A DNA stretch of 43,955 nucleotides from Octopus bimaculoides (lineage: Eukaryota): contig NC_068985.1 in assembly GCF_001194135.2 (NCBI RefSeq), positions 66,834,653-66,878,607 on the forward strand, in the 5' to 3' direction. A model generated the notes under the pieces. That model did not search any database, was not told the origin of the DNA, and was given only the letters and a program-made list of their open reading frames with translations. Of the stretch, positions 12,104 to 23,875 are shown piece by piece. Both the position numbers and the translations under genes were made by a program. How positions within the stretch are numbered: the stretch's first letter is position 1; each line of letters begins with the position of its first letter.

Positions 12104-13651
12104 AGACTTGACCAGAGTTCTTCAGAGTTGGTGTTTGCGAATTTTTGAGTTGGAGATAAGAGCGTAGAAAATTGAATTATTTTAAACCTTGTTGTTGAAA
12201 CTGTTGAAATTGTTATTGAAGCATTGTTATTATTTGTTGAACGTTTAAAAACTGTTATTGTACCCATTGTTGGGTATGCCAGCTGCAAGCTACCGGCGGC
12301 AGCAGCAGGCAAAAGCTTGTCTGCTGACCCGATGTGGCTAAGAGAAGTAGTAATTGAAAGGAAAAATTCGAAAAAATATCAGGAATATTTCAAGATTGCT
12401 TGAGGTTGACACCGCCAAAAAAAAAAAAAAAAAAAAATCCGTACCAAAGGCGGAGAAAGAGATAATCGTGTACTGAACGTTCAATGTGACAAACAAGAAA
12501 ATCCGTATAGCAGAAATAGAGGCAATTCAGGAGTGCATGTGCGAAGTAAAGGAGGTGACCACGTTCTACGCGCGAGAGAGAAAATATGGCACAGTGGAGG
12601 TAAGGTTTACAAGTGTAGAAGAAGCGAGAAGGTACTCCACTGTGCCCTTGAGAACAGTAGGTAGGCACTCTTGCCAACCTACTGTGGAAGACGAGCGGCA
12701 AGAATGAGAATTGGAAGAGCGCCCCCAGAAACAGACGCGGAATGGCTGGTAGCAGCCATAATATATAATTGCAAAGATGAAACAGAAATCATCAAAGTAG
12801 AGAAATACAGACATCAACTAGTATGTTACAATTGTAAGAGCAGAGGACACATGCAGGCAAAGTGTCCTCTAAGACAAATAAGAGAAGTATAGATGGAAGA
12901 CATAGTGGTGAGTGAAGAAGCAATGGTGGAAAAGGAAAAAAAGGAAGAAGAAAAAAGGTAGAAGAAACAGCGGCAGAAGGAAAGAGAGCACAAGTCGACT
13001 CACCGCCAAAATGCCCCAAGAAAAAGAAAGGAAAAAAAATGCAGCTGAGAATAAAGAAATCCAGAGAAACGAACTTCAGAACCTAAGCAAGCAGAGATTA
13101 ATGTAGAAAATGTAGCAAAAATGAAGAAAATTATGGAGTAGGAAAGAAAATTGGAAGGGCAGTTAGAATATGTAGTACAAACAGGAAGACCTAAAGGAAG
13201 TAAATTAAGAACGGTAATGTTTTACCAAAAAGAAATGGAATTAGAGAAGAAGATAGTGAAGATCAAAGGTTTAGTAAGAGTGAAATCGGTCCCAGAGATG
13301 TTTGAGACAAATCAAAAAGTGGTATTGGTGGAGAGGGATAGAGTGGAGAAGTTTTTAGAGTCGTTTCCAGATAAGATCACAGCAAGTCAAATATATGTTC
13401 GGTACGAAAATCTACCGAATGTAATTGGTTTGAAGGATGTGACCGAACAGATGAAGATGGCAACTGATAATAAACTGCTAAATAGAACTGTAAAATGAAG
13501 CTGCGAGTTTTGGGGGACTCGTAAGCCATTCCATTTTTTCATTATAAATATTTCCTTTTTCATCATTCGTTATATGTACCCCATGTTTTGTGTTGTCTGT
13601 CCTTGTAGTGTCCATTCTTTGTTCAGGCCTATGCCTATAATAAAGATAAAT
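12104..13651 (+). pseudogene. Unit 3: near-complete Gag-like element (ATG 12276, CCHC 12824-12865, stop 13496-13498)
   Basis: MPAASY.., KYGTVEVRFTSVEEA (RRM-like), CYNCKSRGHMQAKC, VDSPPKCPKKKKGKK, open C-terminal 115 aa ending IYVRYENLPNVIGL..TVK*. AATAAA at 13639-13644. Multiple frameshifts. Confidence 0.75.
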
Positions 13652-14900
13652 AGTTGAGTTGAGGTCGTTGTTGATAACGGAGTGTTTTTGTCGTAAGTCA
13701 GAGTGTTAAATATTTGTTTGCTGATTATTACTGTTCGAATTGTTGATATTGTTCTTCTGAATTGTTGGGTTTTTTTCTCTTCCCATTGGGGGGAATAATG
13801 GAGAAAACGCCAGTAGGTGACCACAGTTATGTGGCCGCAACTGGAAAAGGAATAGAAGAGGAAGCGTTGGAAATAATTGAAATTAAGGTAGAACCAAACA
13901 AAATGAAGGAATGTGAGATGTTGCTGGAGAAAGTTGGAGATACGTTAAAGTTAACGCTGCCTAGAGAACTGACAAGCAGTGTAATAAAAAGAACTGTGGT
14001 ATTCAAAACACGACAGTGGAGGAGATTGAGGAATGTTTGGAAAGTATAAAGAAACAAACAAAATTTATAACAAGAGGAAGGAAGTATGCCACTGTGGAAG
14101 TGCGCTTTGCAACAGAGGAAGAAGCAATTAAGCACTCCACGGAAGCAATAAGATCGGAAAGGTGGGTGCTTTTGCTTTCGTACTGTGGCAAAAGTGTGGA
14201 CAAAGAGCGAGTAGGCAAAGTGCCCCCAGAACTAAAAGAAACATGGCTGATGACAGCCATAATGTTCAACATGAAGGAGGAGGCCAAGATATTGAAGGCC
14301 ACAAGGGCACAAAGTATTCATTACTGGGGATACGGGCAACAACGTAAGATTTAATTAGAATCGTTGAGGAGATAGTGCTGCTCGACGAATTGAGATTAAG
14401 AGTGAAAAAGGGTGGGAAGGCCGCCTATATGTTTTGCATGTGGGGAGAAAGGCCACATGAAGGCGAGGTGCCCACAGAGAGAACAGACAGAGAAGCAGGA
14501 GAGCACGAACGAGGTAGTACAGATGGAAATGGAAGAAAATACAACGGAGGAGGGATTCACTGTGGTGGAAAGAAAAAGACGGAGAAGTGGAAGAGTGAGC
14601 CCACCACTAGAGAACCAGAAAAAGAAGAAAGAAGAGGTGGAAATTAAAGCTGCGACCAGAAAGGAAGGTAGACGAAGGGGTGGTGGAGAAAGAAAGCGAG
14701 AAGTTAATTGGAAAGGTGTTGGAGAAGGAGTTACAGAAGGAGGAAACAGTGTTAAAGACAGTGCTTGTCTTAGCGAAGGAAAAAGATTCGGGAGTGCAAC
14801 TATGCGAGGGTGAAATGGAGAGATTGTTCAGAGTTGAAAAGGAAAAGACACCAGAAATGGAAGAAAAAAAAGGAAAAACCAAGAAGAGGAAAAAATAAAT
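13652..14900 (+). pseudogene. Unit 4: 5' UTR plus Gag-like ORF (ATG 13798, CCHC 14430-14471), 3'-truncated
   Basis: MEKTPVGDHSYVAATGKG.., KYATVEVRFATEEEA, VGKVPPEL..WLMTAI, GRPPICFACGEKGHMKARCP, VSPPLENQKKKK. Frameshifted. Confidence 0.75.
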
Positions 14901-14947
14901 GGAATGTTGTGACATATGCAAAACACAAAGAGACGGAAAGAAAATTT

Positions 14948-15300
14948 GACAGCCATAATGTTTAACATGTAGGATGATACCAAGATATTGAAGGTCACAA
15001 GGGCACAAGGAATCAATTACTGGGGATACGGGACTGAGCTCACTATCCAGGCAACAATAGAAGACTTCAATGGAATTGTTGAGGACATAGTGCTGCCCGA
15101 CGACTTGAGATTGAGAGTGATAGTGGAGGGCAGGCCGCCTATATGTTTTGCATGTGGGGAAAAAGGCCACGAGAAGGTGAGGTGCCCACATAGAGAACAG
15201 ACGGAGAAGCGAGAGAGTGCAATCCAAGTAGTACAGGTGGAGATGGATGTAGAAACAGCGGAGGAGGGACAATGGGGAGATACAAGTAAACCGAACGAAA
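14948..15300 (+). pseudogene. Second copy of the central Gag region (CCHC 15144-15185), paralogous to ~14252-14560
   Basis: KVTRAQGINYWGYGTELTIQATIEDFNGIVEDIVLPDDLRLRVIVEGRPPICFACGEKGHEKVRCP. Confidence 0.75.
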
Positions 15301-15340
15301 ACAAACGTCCTATATATATATATATATCAGTTGAATATAA

Positions 15341-15775
15341 GGATAAAATATATCTCAGGTTTTATCACCTAGCCAGTGTGTAAAACCTATTGAGGTAAAG
15401 AATTAAATCTAAGTATATAATTTCTTAAAATACATTATTACATTAAGGGCTGTTAATATATATAAGTATAAAGACTTATGCATACCATACGAACACAACG
15501 TATACACAAAGCATACACAAAGGTTCACACTTATATATCTATAAAAATATTTCTATCCTGTTCATCTCAGCCACGTGTGTATAACCAAACTAATTCAGCA
15601 CTGAATATATTCCGGTTTTATATTTAAAGGATAAAATCTATCTAAGCGTGTAGCTTCTAGTAACAGCCCTTAATTTAATAATGTATTTTAAAAAAAATAT
15701 ATACTTAGTATTAATTTTTCATCTCAATTGGTTTGCACACTGGCTTCCATATGAAATCTTAGATAAATGTTGTCC
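15341..15775. repeat. Foldback/MITE-like: 115-bp imperfect inverted arms (15341-15455, 15661-15775)
   Basis: AGCCAGTGTG.AAA..ATTGAG..AATTAA..CTAAGTATATA..TTAAAATACATTATTA.ATTAAGGGCTGTTA is mirrored. A partial third copy lies at ~16126-16145. Confidence 0.75.
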
Positions 15776-18009
15776 ATATATTTAATTGATGAATATTATA
15801 CTGAAATATATTTAGTGCTGAATTATTTTGGTTATGCACACGTGACTGAGATGAACAGGATAGAAGTTTTTTTTTTATGGATATATAAGTGTGAACATTT
15901 GTATACGCTCTGTGGATACGTTGTGTTTGTAAATTTCTGGTTATGTTTGCACTGCCGAATGGAGAGCATGTTACAGCGCTGACCATGAAATCGTTTCGAT
16001 ATGCAACTGAAACTTTAAGAAAAAATATTTTTCTTCTTCCATTTCCTCGACATCAGCGCGTGTGTACATTTGATTAAATATTTTGACTTTAGAATTCCTC
16101 CCTAGCGTGTGGTTTTACTTATAGTAACAGCCCTTAATGTAATAAGAATAATACATACATACATACATACATACATACACACATACATACACACACACAG
16201 ACACACACACACATATATATATATGTATATATATATGTNNNNNNNNNNNNNNNNNNNNNNNNNNNNNNNNNNNNNNNNNNNNNNNNNNNNNNNNNNNNNN
16301 NNNNNNNNNNNNNNNNNNNNNNNNNNNNNNNNNNNNNNNNNNNNNNNNNNNNNNNNNNNNNNNNNNNNNNNNNNNNNNNNNNNNNNNNNNNNNNNNNNNN
16401 NNNNNNNNNNNNNNNNNNNNNNNNNNNNNNNNNNNNNNNNNNNNNNNNNNNNNNNNNNNNNNNNNNNNNNNNNNNNNNNNNNNNNNNNNNNNNNNNNNNN
16501 NNNNNNNNNNNNNNNNNNNNNNNNNATATATATATATATACATTTATATACATATGTATATGTATATATTGAAAGACATAGAGAAAGAGAAGTAGAAGTG
16601 ATGCATTTCCGCCAAGAACAGAGATGCATACGTTTAAACATATATCATGTATATATTCTTCATAATACACTAAAAATAAATAGATATTTTCGAAGATAGT
16701 AATGACAAATTATCCCTTTTTTTTACAGACACGTACGCACATACATAATGCACTCACATATATATGAATTTCGGTAAGAATATTATTTTCTTGGTGTATG
16801 TGTGTATGCATGTGTGAGCCTGTCTATGTGCGTGTGCGTGTGCGTCTGCGTCTGCGTGTGCGTTTCTTTGTGTGTGTGTGTGTGTATACAAATAGCTGTA
16901 TGTAAATGTGTGCTCCCTTATTGGTATATTTTAATGTGTATGGATGCTAGCTGTATCTGTATAAGTGTCCTTCTTTGTCATTTACCCTGTCGGTATATAC
17001 GTGTTAAGTGCATATTTGTGCGATTAAGTATATTCACAAATACATATGCGTGTTAGAAGGTACACAGTTACTCTGTTATAATGAAGCGACTGCTTCTAGC
17101 TATATACTGGGATATAAATGTCTCTGTAAATGCGGTTATGTCTGTGCGCGGTTAATTCAGTAAAACTTAGTGAAATTATTTCCGTATAGGAAGGTGAATA
17201 AGAAAGAAACAGATGACTTTTCATTGTACGTCGAATGTCCGCTTAGGCTTTGCGAACACACCATAAATTGAAGCGCCTCTGGGCAAGATGTAGAAATTAA
17301 GTATTGCTGTAAAACCGGCCGGAAGCTGGTTACGTGAAGCCTGACCAATACAGAATCGAATACCGTTGGATACTGCCATTATCATTATGAAGATATTCAC
17401 CTAGAATGAACATTTCTGTTAGAGAAATTCATCGACAAACCTACCGTGCGTATTCATCTAACTTCCTATAAACTGACACTGGGAGGTATTTTAATGTATG
17501 AGTACATCAGAGTAGGAAATGGAGAAGAATAGATGAATAAAAAAAGAAATATGCGAAAGGTCTGTATATTGTGTGTGTAAGTGAATGTACAATGATATAA
17601 ATTCTGTGCAATGCAGACAATACAGTATAAATATGAAAGGGAGTACTAGAAACATAACAGTGATGAAGAAAATGTTTTTGAGAGTACAAATATATTTATT
17701 GATGTTTTTTTTTTTATTTCTTAAAAGTGTAGTATAGGAGTTTTGCTGACAAGTTATGAGTGTTGAGAGGAGAAGAATGTTAGGAGAGTGTGTTCACACA
17801 GTGTCAACGGTGCATGTATTATCTGCTTGCACATGTAAATTCATGCCAATGCGTTTGTGTGAGTACGGATGTATAGCTGTATAACATAAAACAAGAATTT
17901 ACTATCCTGAGACTAAAACAATGTCGGTTGCAGGATAAGAATTAGAATCAAATACTGTGTATTTGAAATATGTACACTCACTCATGCACGCACGCACGCA
18001 AACACACGA

Positions 18010-18051
<42 letters not shown>

Positions 18052-19175
18052 TCACACACACGGATTACCACATTCTGACATATTGTAATTTGAGGAGAAT
18101 GAAAGCTCAAAATTCAAAGGAAGTAAATTGATTTCATTAGAGAAAACAATTGATTTTAATCTTAAGTATATTTGTAGTTTCTTTACTGAGCTGCTCATTT
18201 TGCATTGAATAACTTTTTGATTCATAGCTGGAACTGGAATTTGACCATGAGAGTTTTTAACATGCGTATGGATGTTTTTCCATCATCTAAATGGATGTTG
18301 TATGAGTCATGTGAGCTCTTGGTATTTTAAAGATGCCTATATCGATTATGTATGTATATTAACAGCATGAGTAATGTAATGGCAATTGTGTAGCATTGTG
18401 TATTTGTTAGAGATTATGTAGTATTGTTTGTATTGAATTACACTAATATGAACCTCTTGGTGAAGTGATTTGTACTTATATTCTATTTGTAGAAAATAAT
18501 ATCCTTAAATTTTCTTTTGTATATATCTACACGTTTATTACTATTAACTTTTGTAACCTTTTCTTTTTAGATAGAGTCCATCATCATGATAGCGTTCTAG
18601 GAAAATTTCGGTGGATCCTACTAATTTTAATGTGAGAGAGCAGATTTCTTTTATACACCTGTCAAGTATCACTGACGTTCGTATCGATATTTGTACAACA
18701 AATGAATTGTGGGGTATTCTCTTCCTTGCCTCTATATATATACTCTGCATTGATAAATATGCGTATACCGCGCTCCATTTTTATCAAGATTTAAAAATGA
18801 AAATGAATTACAAGCGAACTATCCTTTCCGTCGAGTTTCGATTTGAATATTATATATGTATAAAATAGTCTCTCATAATTCGAAATTCTTACTTTCCCTC
18901 CTCATTTTATATAATGTAAGAGCCTATAATAGTTGGAATGAAGATTAAAAAGTACCTTTTTTGTTTGTTTCTAAGCACATTTAAATTAGATTTGGTAATG
19001 TATGTATAGTTTTTATGCGTGTATGCAAACAATGATAATGACAGCACAAATGGGATGCTGCAGCCAACTATCTTCCGTCAAGTACCATTTAAGATGTTTT
19101 TTTTCCATATAGTAAATAGCGTAATAGCCTATGTATCACGTGATACACCATCCACTTCTCTTTCGTCATTCTCAG

Positions 19176-19183
19176 ACGAATAG
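19176..19183 (+). other. Candidate 8-nt micro-exon
   Basis: CTTCTCTTTCGTCATTCTCAG|ACGAATAG|GTAAGC: strong acceptor and donor, but no transcript or homology support. Confidence 0.25.
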
Positions 19184-20179
19184 GTAAGCCTGAAACATTA
19201 TATTATCCAAAGCCAACGGCCAATGGTAAGGAGGTGATTAAAATTTACTACTTTAAGATGCGCTGTGTAACAAAATATTACAAAATTTAAAGCAGATCCA
19301 CTTTGTCGTAATTTCATTAAGAACATATTCGTAAAATGCATATCCATACAACGATTGACCATCGATGTCGTACTCTATAATAAGGTTATGTAATATGTAG
19401 GAGTGTAAAATTGTTGATTTCGACTGTAATATAATATCCTGGGGTTATAAAAATGTTCAAGAACACATCAGTTACCCAATTCATGTAAACATACTTTGGC
19501 AGCTTATACACTATGTAAACATTAAAGAAGACGTATACTAAGTCACAGCCATCAGTTACGTCCAACTAAGGTTTCTTCTCTGTTCTGTTACGTTTCTCTT
19601 GCTCAAACAATATAAATCTAATCAAATGAAAATATTTTCATAGTAAATAAATATCGTTAGCTATATATTTTTACTTTGGTTTAGGCAAAGAAAGTGAACT
19701 CTTACAAATTTATAACAAGAAACATTTCCATTTAAGTTGGGATTTATGAAGAGGATTTCTTCTTCCCCTGGCAATATTCACTGAATATTTTCCCTTTTTT
19801 TAATTTTATGTTATGACAAGTACATAAATATCACTATATCTTTAGCTGCTAGACAATATGCATTAACATAGAGTCAAGTAATATAACAAGAATGATGACA
19901 ATATATAAAACTTAATGTGATTGATGTTCAAAGACATTCTGAGGCCGATATCATAGCGTTTCTTGTTGCATCAATAATACTATAAATTGACTATGATGTT
20001 TGCGGGTATGCGATTAGAAGAACATTTTTATCATCAAATATGTTACATGCATGTTGTAAATTTGGAAGAATGGTAATGTTGCTTAACAATTATAAGTATG
20101 CACGCGCATGCATGTGTGTATTAGTGCTTATATATGTACAGACATTATGCCTATATATCAATATATCTGTGTATGTGTA

Positions 20180-20234
<55 letters not shown>

Positions 20235-20763
20235 NNNNNNNNNNNNNNNNNNNNNNNNNNNNNNNNNNNNNNNNNNNNNNNNNNNNNNNNNNNNNNNNNN
20301 NNNNNNNNNNNNNNNNNNNNNNNNNNNNNNNNNNNNNNNNNNNNNNNNNNNNNNNNNNNNNNNNNNNNNNNNNNNNNNNNNNNNNNNNNNNNNNNNNNNN
20401 NNNNNNNNNNNNNNNNNNNNNNNNNNNNNNNNNNNNNNNNNNNNNNNNNNNNNNNNNNNNNNNNNNNNNNNNNNNNNNNNNNNNNNNNNNNNNNNNNNNN
20501 NNNNNNNNNNNNNNNNNNNNNNNNNNNNNNNNNNNNNNNNNNNNAAATGGTCCTGTCTTTTTTTAAGGAGAAAAGAGAGAAAGAAAAGCAAACATGGGGG
20601 AGAAAATGTTTCACCCCTTTCCTTGCTTTTCTTTCTCTCGTTCACACGGGTTCGATAAACGCACGAAAGCGCTAATAAAGAAAGATCCAAAGTTCTGAAT
20701 GACTCCTTTTTCTCAAAATACAACGTACACCACTTTAAAAACTCTATACATGCATACATACGT

Positions 20764-20828
<65 letters not shown>

Positions 20829-20960
20829 CATACATACATACTTACATATATACAATCGTCACTAAATGACTAAGAGTGCCGAGATACCTACATTGCTAGA
20901 TATAGAAGTAAGATACTCCTTGTACTGTAGGAAAAGCGCAAATGTATACACACGCGCTGA

Positions 20961-21193
20961 CATGGGAAGAAACTGCTCCGTGACCGAATTGAGAATGTCT
21001 CAGGCTAGACGTCTAGTTTCGCGAATCGTTCGCTTCGTCAGTGAGAGCCGCCTGATCGGCTGGTGTCGGCTGATTCCGAGAGTGCATAATATGTATCATC
21101 TAAGGACGATTTAGGGAATACAAAAAATTACGCGAAACTAGACATCGATTTTTAGAGAATAACGATTCGGTCATGGGGCAGCTTCTTCCCCTG
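20961..21193. mobile_element. MITE with ~60-bp imperfect TIRs (probably Tc1/mariner-type)
   Basis: GGGAAGAA.CTGC.CC.TGACCGAAT...GTCTAGTTTCGCG is mirrored at the right end, which terminates CCCCTG-TA. Confidence 0.7.
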
Positions 21194-22001
21194 TATATAT
21201 ACACGTATAAACATATCTATATATGTCTTCGAAGAAGCATTACGCCCATAATAACAAACCACGCACAAGTTCGATTCCACCTTTTTATTGTTAGTCAGTT
21301 TAGTTAAATATCTCTCCAGCTGAGTATTCGATCCTTTGTTAATATGCTGGTTAAATAATCAATCGGTTGTTTGTCAATCAATTTACTTTCATCACTGTTC
21401 GCGTCCCTTTTGGTAGTGATTAAATGACATCCCCTCTTGCTCTAATGTTTGAAAAGGCTGCTCTGGGTTTGTGTATGAATTGCTCTTATGTTTGCATGTA
21501 TGCATGCTTGCATGGGTCTGTAGGTGTGTGTTTGCTTAGAAGAGGAAATGACGGTGAGGGTAAATAAACGAAGGTTTTATATGTGTTTGTAGAAGTGCGA
21601 GTTTATTCTTGCCCTTACCTCCGCTTGTAAGAAAACGCTCATCCCCACACATATACATAGAAATATGCGTACACACAGTCATAAAACCAATTCTCAGACA
21701 GACTCAAAGTAGTCTTTATGGGCGTTGGAGCGAGAGAGGGGGATCAATGAGTGACTGAAAGGTTCACGAACAGCCAAGAAGAAAACTCTGACAAACAAAG
21801 AATCGATTCATTGTTTAACCAGCACATTAAAAGACTAAAAATCGTTTAGTTCATTGGATATTTAACCAATTGACTAACTATAAGGATGTGGGATTGAACC
21901 TGTGCATGTGTTATTAATACTGGCGTTATGACTCTCCCTATGCACAACAAGATTTGTTTCAATATCCGAATTCACATTTTGCAAACCAAATACATAAACG
22001 A

Positions 22002-22043
<42 letters not shown>

Positions 22044-22047
<4 letters not shown>

Positions 22048-23185
22048 GTTGAGTAAAATGTATGGAAACTTTTGAAATATGAAATAGCTCACAATATATG
22101 TCAGCAATGCGGAAATTTTATTCATCAAATTAAGTACCATTACAATCAATACACTTTTTCCAACGAGTTAGAAGTTTGTTTATTCCAGTAACATACAAAT
22201 CCAGAGTTCTGGAGCTGAGGAACTCTTTGAACACACTTTCAGAATCGGTTTGATTTTTGAATTCCCTCTCTCGCAGGAAACCATCAAGGTGCTTGGAAAA
22301 GAGATAGTTGGTAGTCTTGGGAATAAGCTGGGTGGGGAAGAATTTCGTAGCCAACTTCTCTCAACTTCTGGAGGGTCATTAGTGAAACGTGTGGTCGAGC
22401 ATTTTCACGGAGAATAATTGGTCCTCTTCTGTTGACCAGTCTTGGACGGAGGAGTAGCAATTTTTTGTTTATTTTGGCAATTTCATGGCAATACGTTTCT
22501 GCAGCAATGGTTTTCACGTATTTTAAGAACTTATACTGGATGAGCCCAGCAGTAAAACACAAAAGAGACACCATAACCTTATTTTTGATGAGCTCTGTTT
22601 TAGGGATGGTTTTCGGTGCTTCATTTTGGTCCAACCACTGCGATAAATGTTTTTTTTTTATTATTGTACAGAATCCACTTCTCATTGCAAGTTACAATAC
22701 AATCGAGAAATGGATCGGTCTCATTATGATTAAGAAGCGACGAGGAAATTTCGTATCTGAGCATTTTCTGATTTTCATTTAAATCGTGTGGTAGCCATTT
22801 GTCGAGCTTTTTTGATTGTCTGATGACATGCAAATGGTTGCAGGCAGTTTTCTAGCTAACTTGAAGTTTTTTGCCAGTTCCCAAGTGGTTTTATGTGGAT
22901 CTTTCTCAACGACGATCTTTAATTGACTGTCATCGCTAACAGATGGGCCTCCACTACGCTCACGATCTTCAAGGCTCAGGTTACCTCTGCGAAATCGTTT
23001 AAAGCATTTTCGAGGTAACCACTCACAAGTCCTTTCATCACCAAACTTTTCGTTGATATCGCGAGCAGTTTCATCAGCTTTACATCCTTTGTTGAAGATA
23101 TGAAACATTTAAAATAAAAAAGATAAAATTAACATATTTTTGTACATTACGAAGCATATATTTTAAACATAAGTTCCCTATATAT
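22044..23185 (-). mobile_element. Mariner (DD34D) transposon relic with near-full-length transposase pseudogene (22130-23108)
   Basis: FKRFRRGNLSLEDRERSGGP, KKLDKWLPHDL, IVTCNEKWILYNN, ILRENARPH, EILPHPAYS, GINKLLTRWKKCIDCNG. The left end TA-TTAGGTTG abuts (TA)n; the right TIR is degenerate. Confidence 0.92.
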
Positions 23186-23224
23186 ACAAATATATATAAA
23201 TATCTATCTATGGCGGGTAAAATT

Positions 23225-23875
23225 CCAGAGATGCATGATGAGTTCTCTTCAGCCGTCTTTTCCCTCATCGTCGCTGCCATGTCCTGTGTCTTCCAGAAAC
23301 CAGTATCTGTTCTTAGGGCATTTGCATATAGCATCCTCGGCCTCTCTTTTCTATTTTGTCTGTTTAGGGTTTCCCACAGGAATACTCAGTGCAGTATCAA
23401 CTCCGAATGACGGCGAGCATGTCCAGCTAACTTCATTCTCCTCTGCTATTTTCCATCCGGTACAGCTCTGAGTTTTTCATCCTCCGTCCATACAGATTAA
23501 CGTTCAGAACTATCCTCAGCCTTTTTGTGTAGCACCCATCCACCATTGAGTGAGTTACTTGGTGAGTGTTCGAGTCTTAGACTCATACAACAGCTTAAAA
23601 TCCACTGCAGCAAGGAAGAGAGGGATCATCAGATTTTACTAAGGTCCAACATCCATATATACCTTAAGTTGTGTCATGCTGCCTAGGCTTTTCTCTTCCT
23701 CTAAACTATATCACACTCTGTGTTCCCAATCTTTGTTTCCAGATACAGGAAATCCTCAACCGACTCTAGTGGCTTTCCGCCTACATTCATAATCTTCTCT
23801 GACTTCTTAATATTCTCTATCATATTCATCATCTGAATTACATTCATTTTCAGCCCAACACTCGTCGACCTGGAC
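23225..23875 (-). mobile_element. RTE-clade LINE ORF2 3' fragment
   Basis: Minus-strand translation VGLKMN..LESVEDFLYL..RRMKLAGHARRHSEL..FLWE..RKERPRMLYANALRTDTG. Confidence 0.75.

Larger units (their letters stand above)
11085..15300 (+). mobile_element. Head-to-tail array of Gag/ORF1-only retroelement-like units
   Basis: Three junctions AATAAAGA(G/T)AA..|AG(T/AC)TGA at ~11757, ~12104 and ~13652. Homologous 5' UTRs (GAA.TGTTGATATTG / CCCATTG..ATG), homologous ORF segments and three CX2CX4HX4C knuckles. No RT or endonuclease motifs seen. Confidence 0.75.

Noticed and set aside
12129-12139. TGGTGTTTGCG after ...TTCA resembles a tRNA-Val primer-binding site (10/11 to my recalled TGGTGTTTCCG), hinting at an LTR element
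   Set aside because: The match stops at 11 nt, is absent at the other two junctions, and there are no consistent TG...CA termini. The LTR (TR-GAG-like) model is kept only as an alternative.
11085-15300. Telomeric role by analogy with HeT-A
   Set aside because: No TTAGGG-type arrays are present and the block is embedded in ordinary repeat-rich DNA; the analogy is organisational only.
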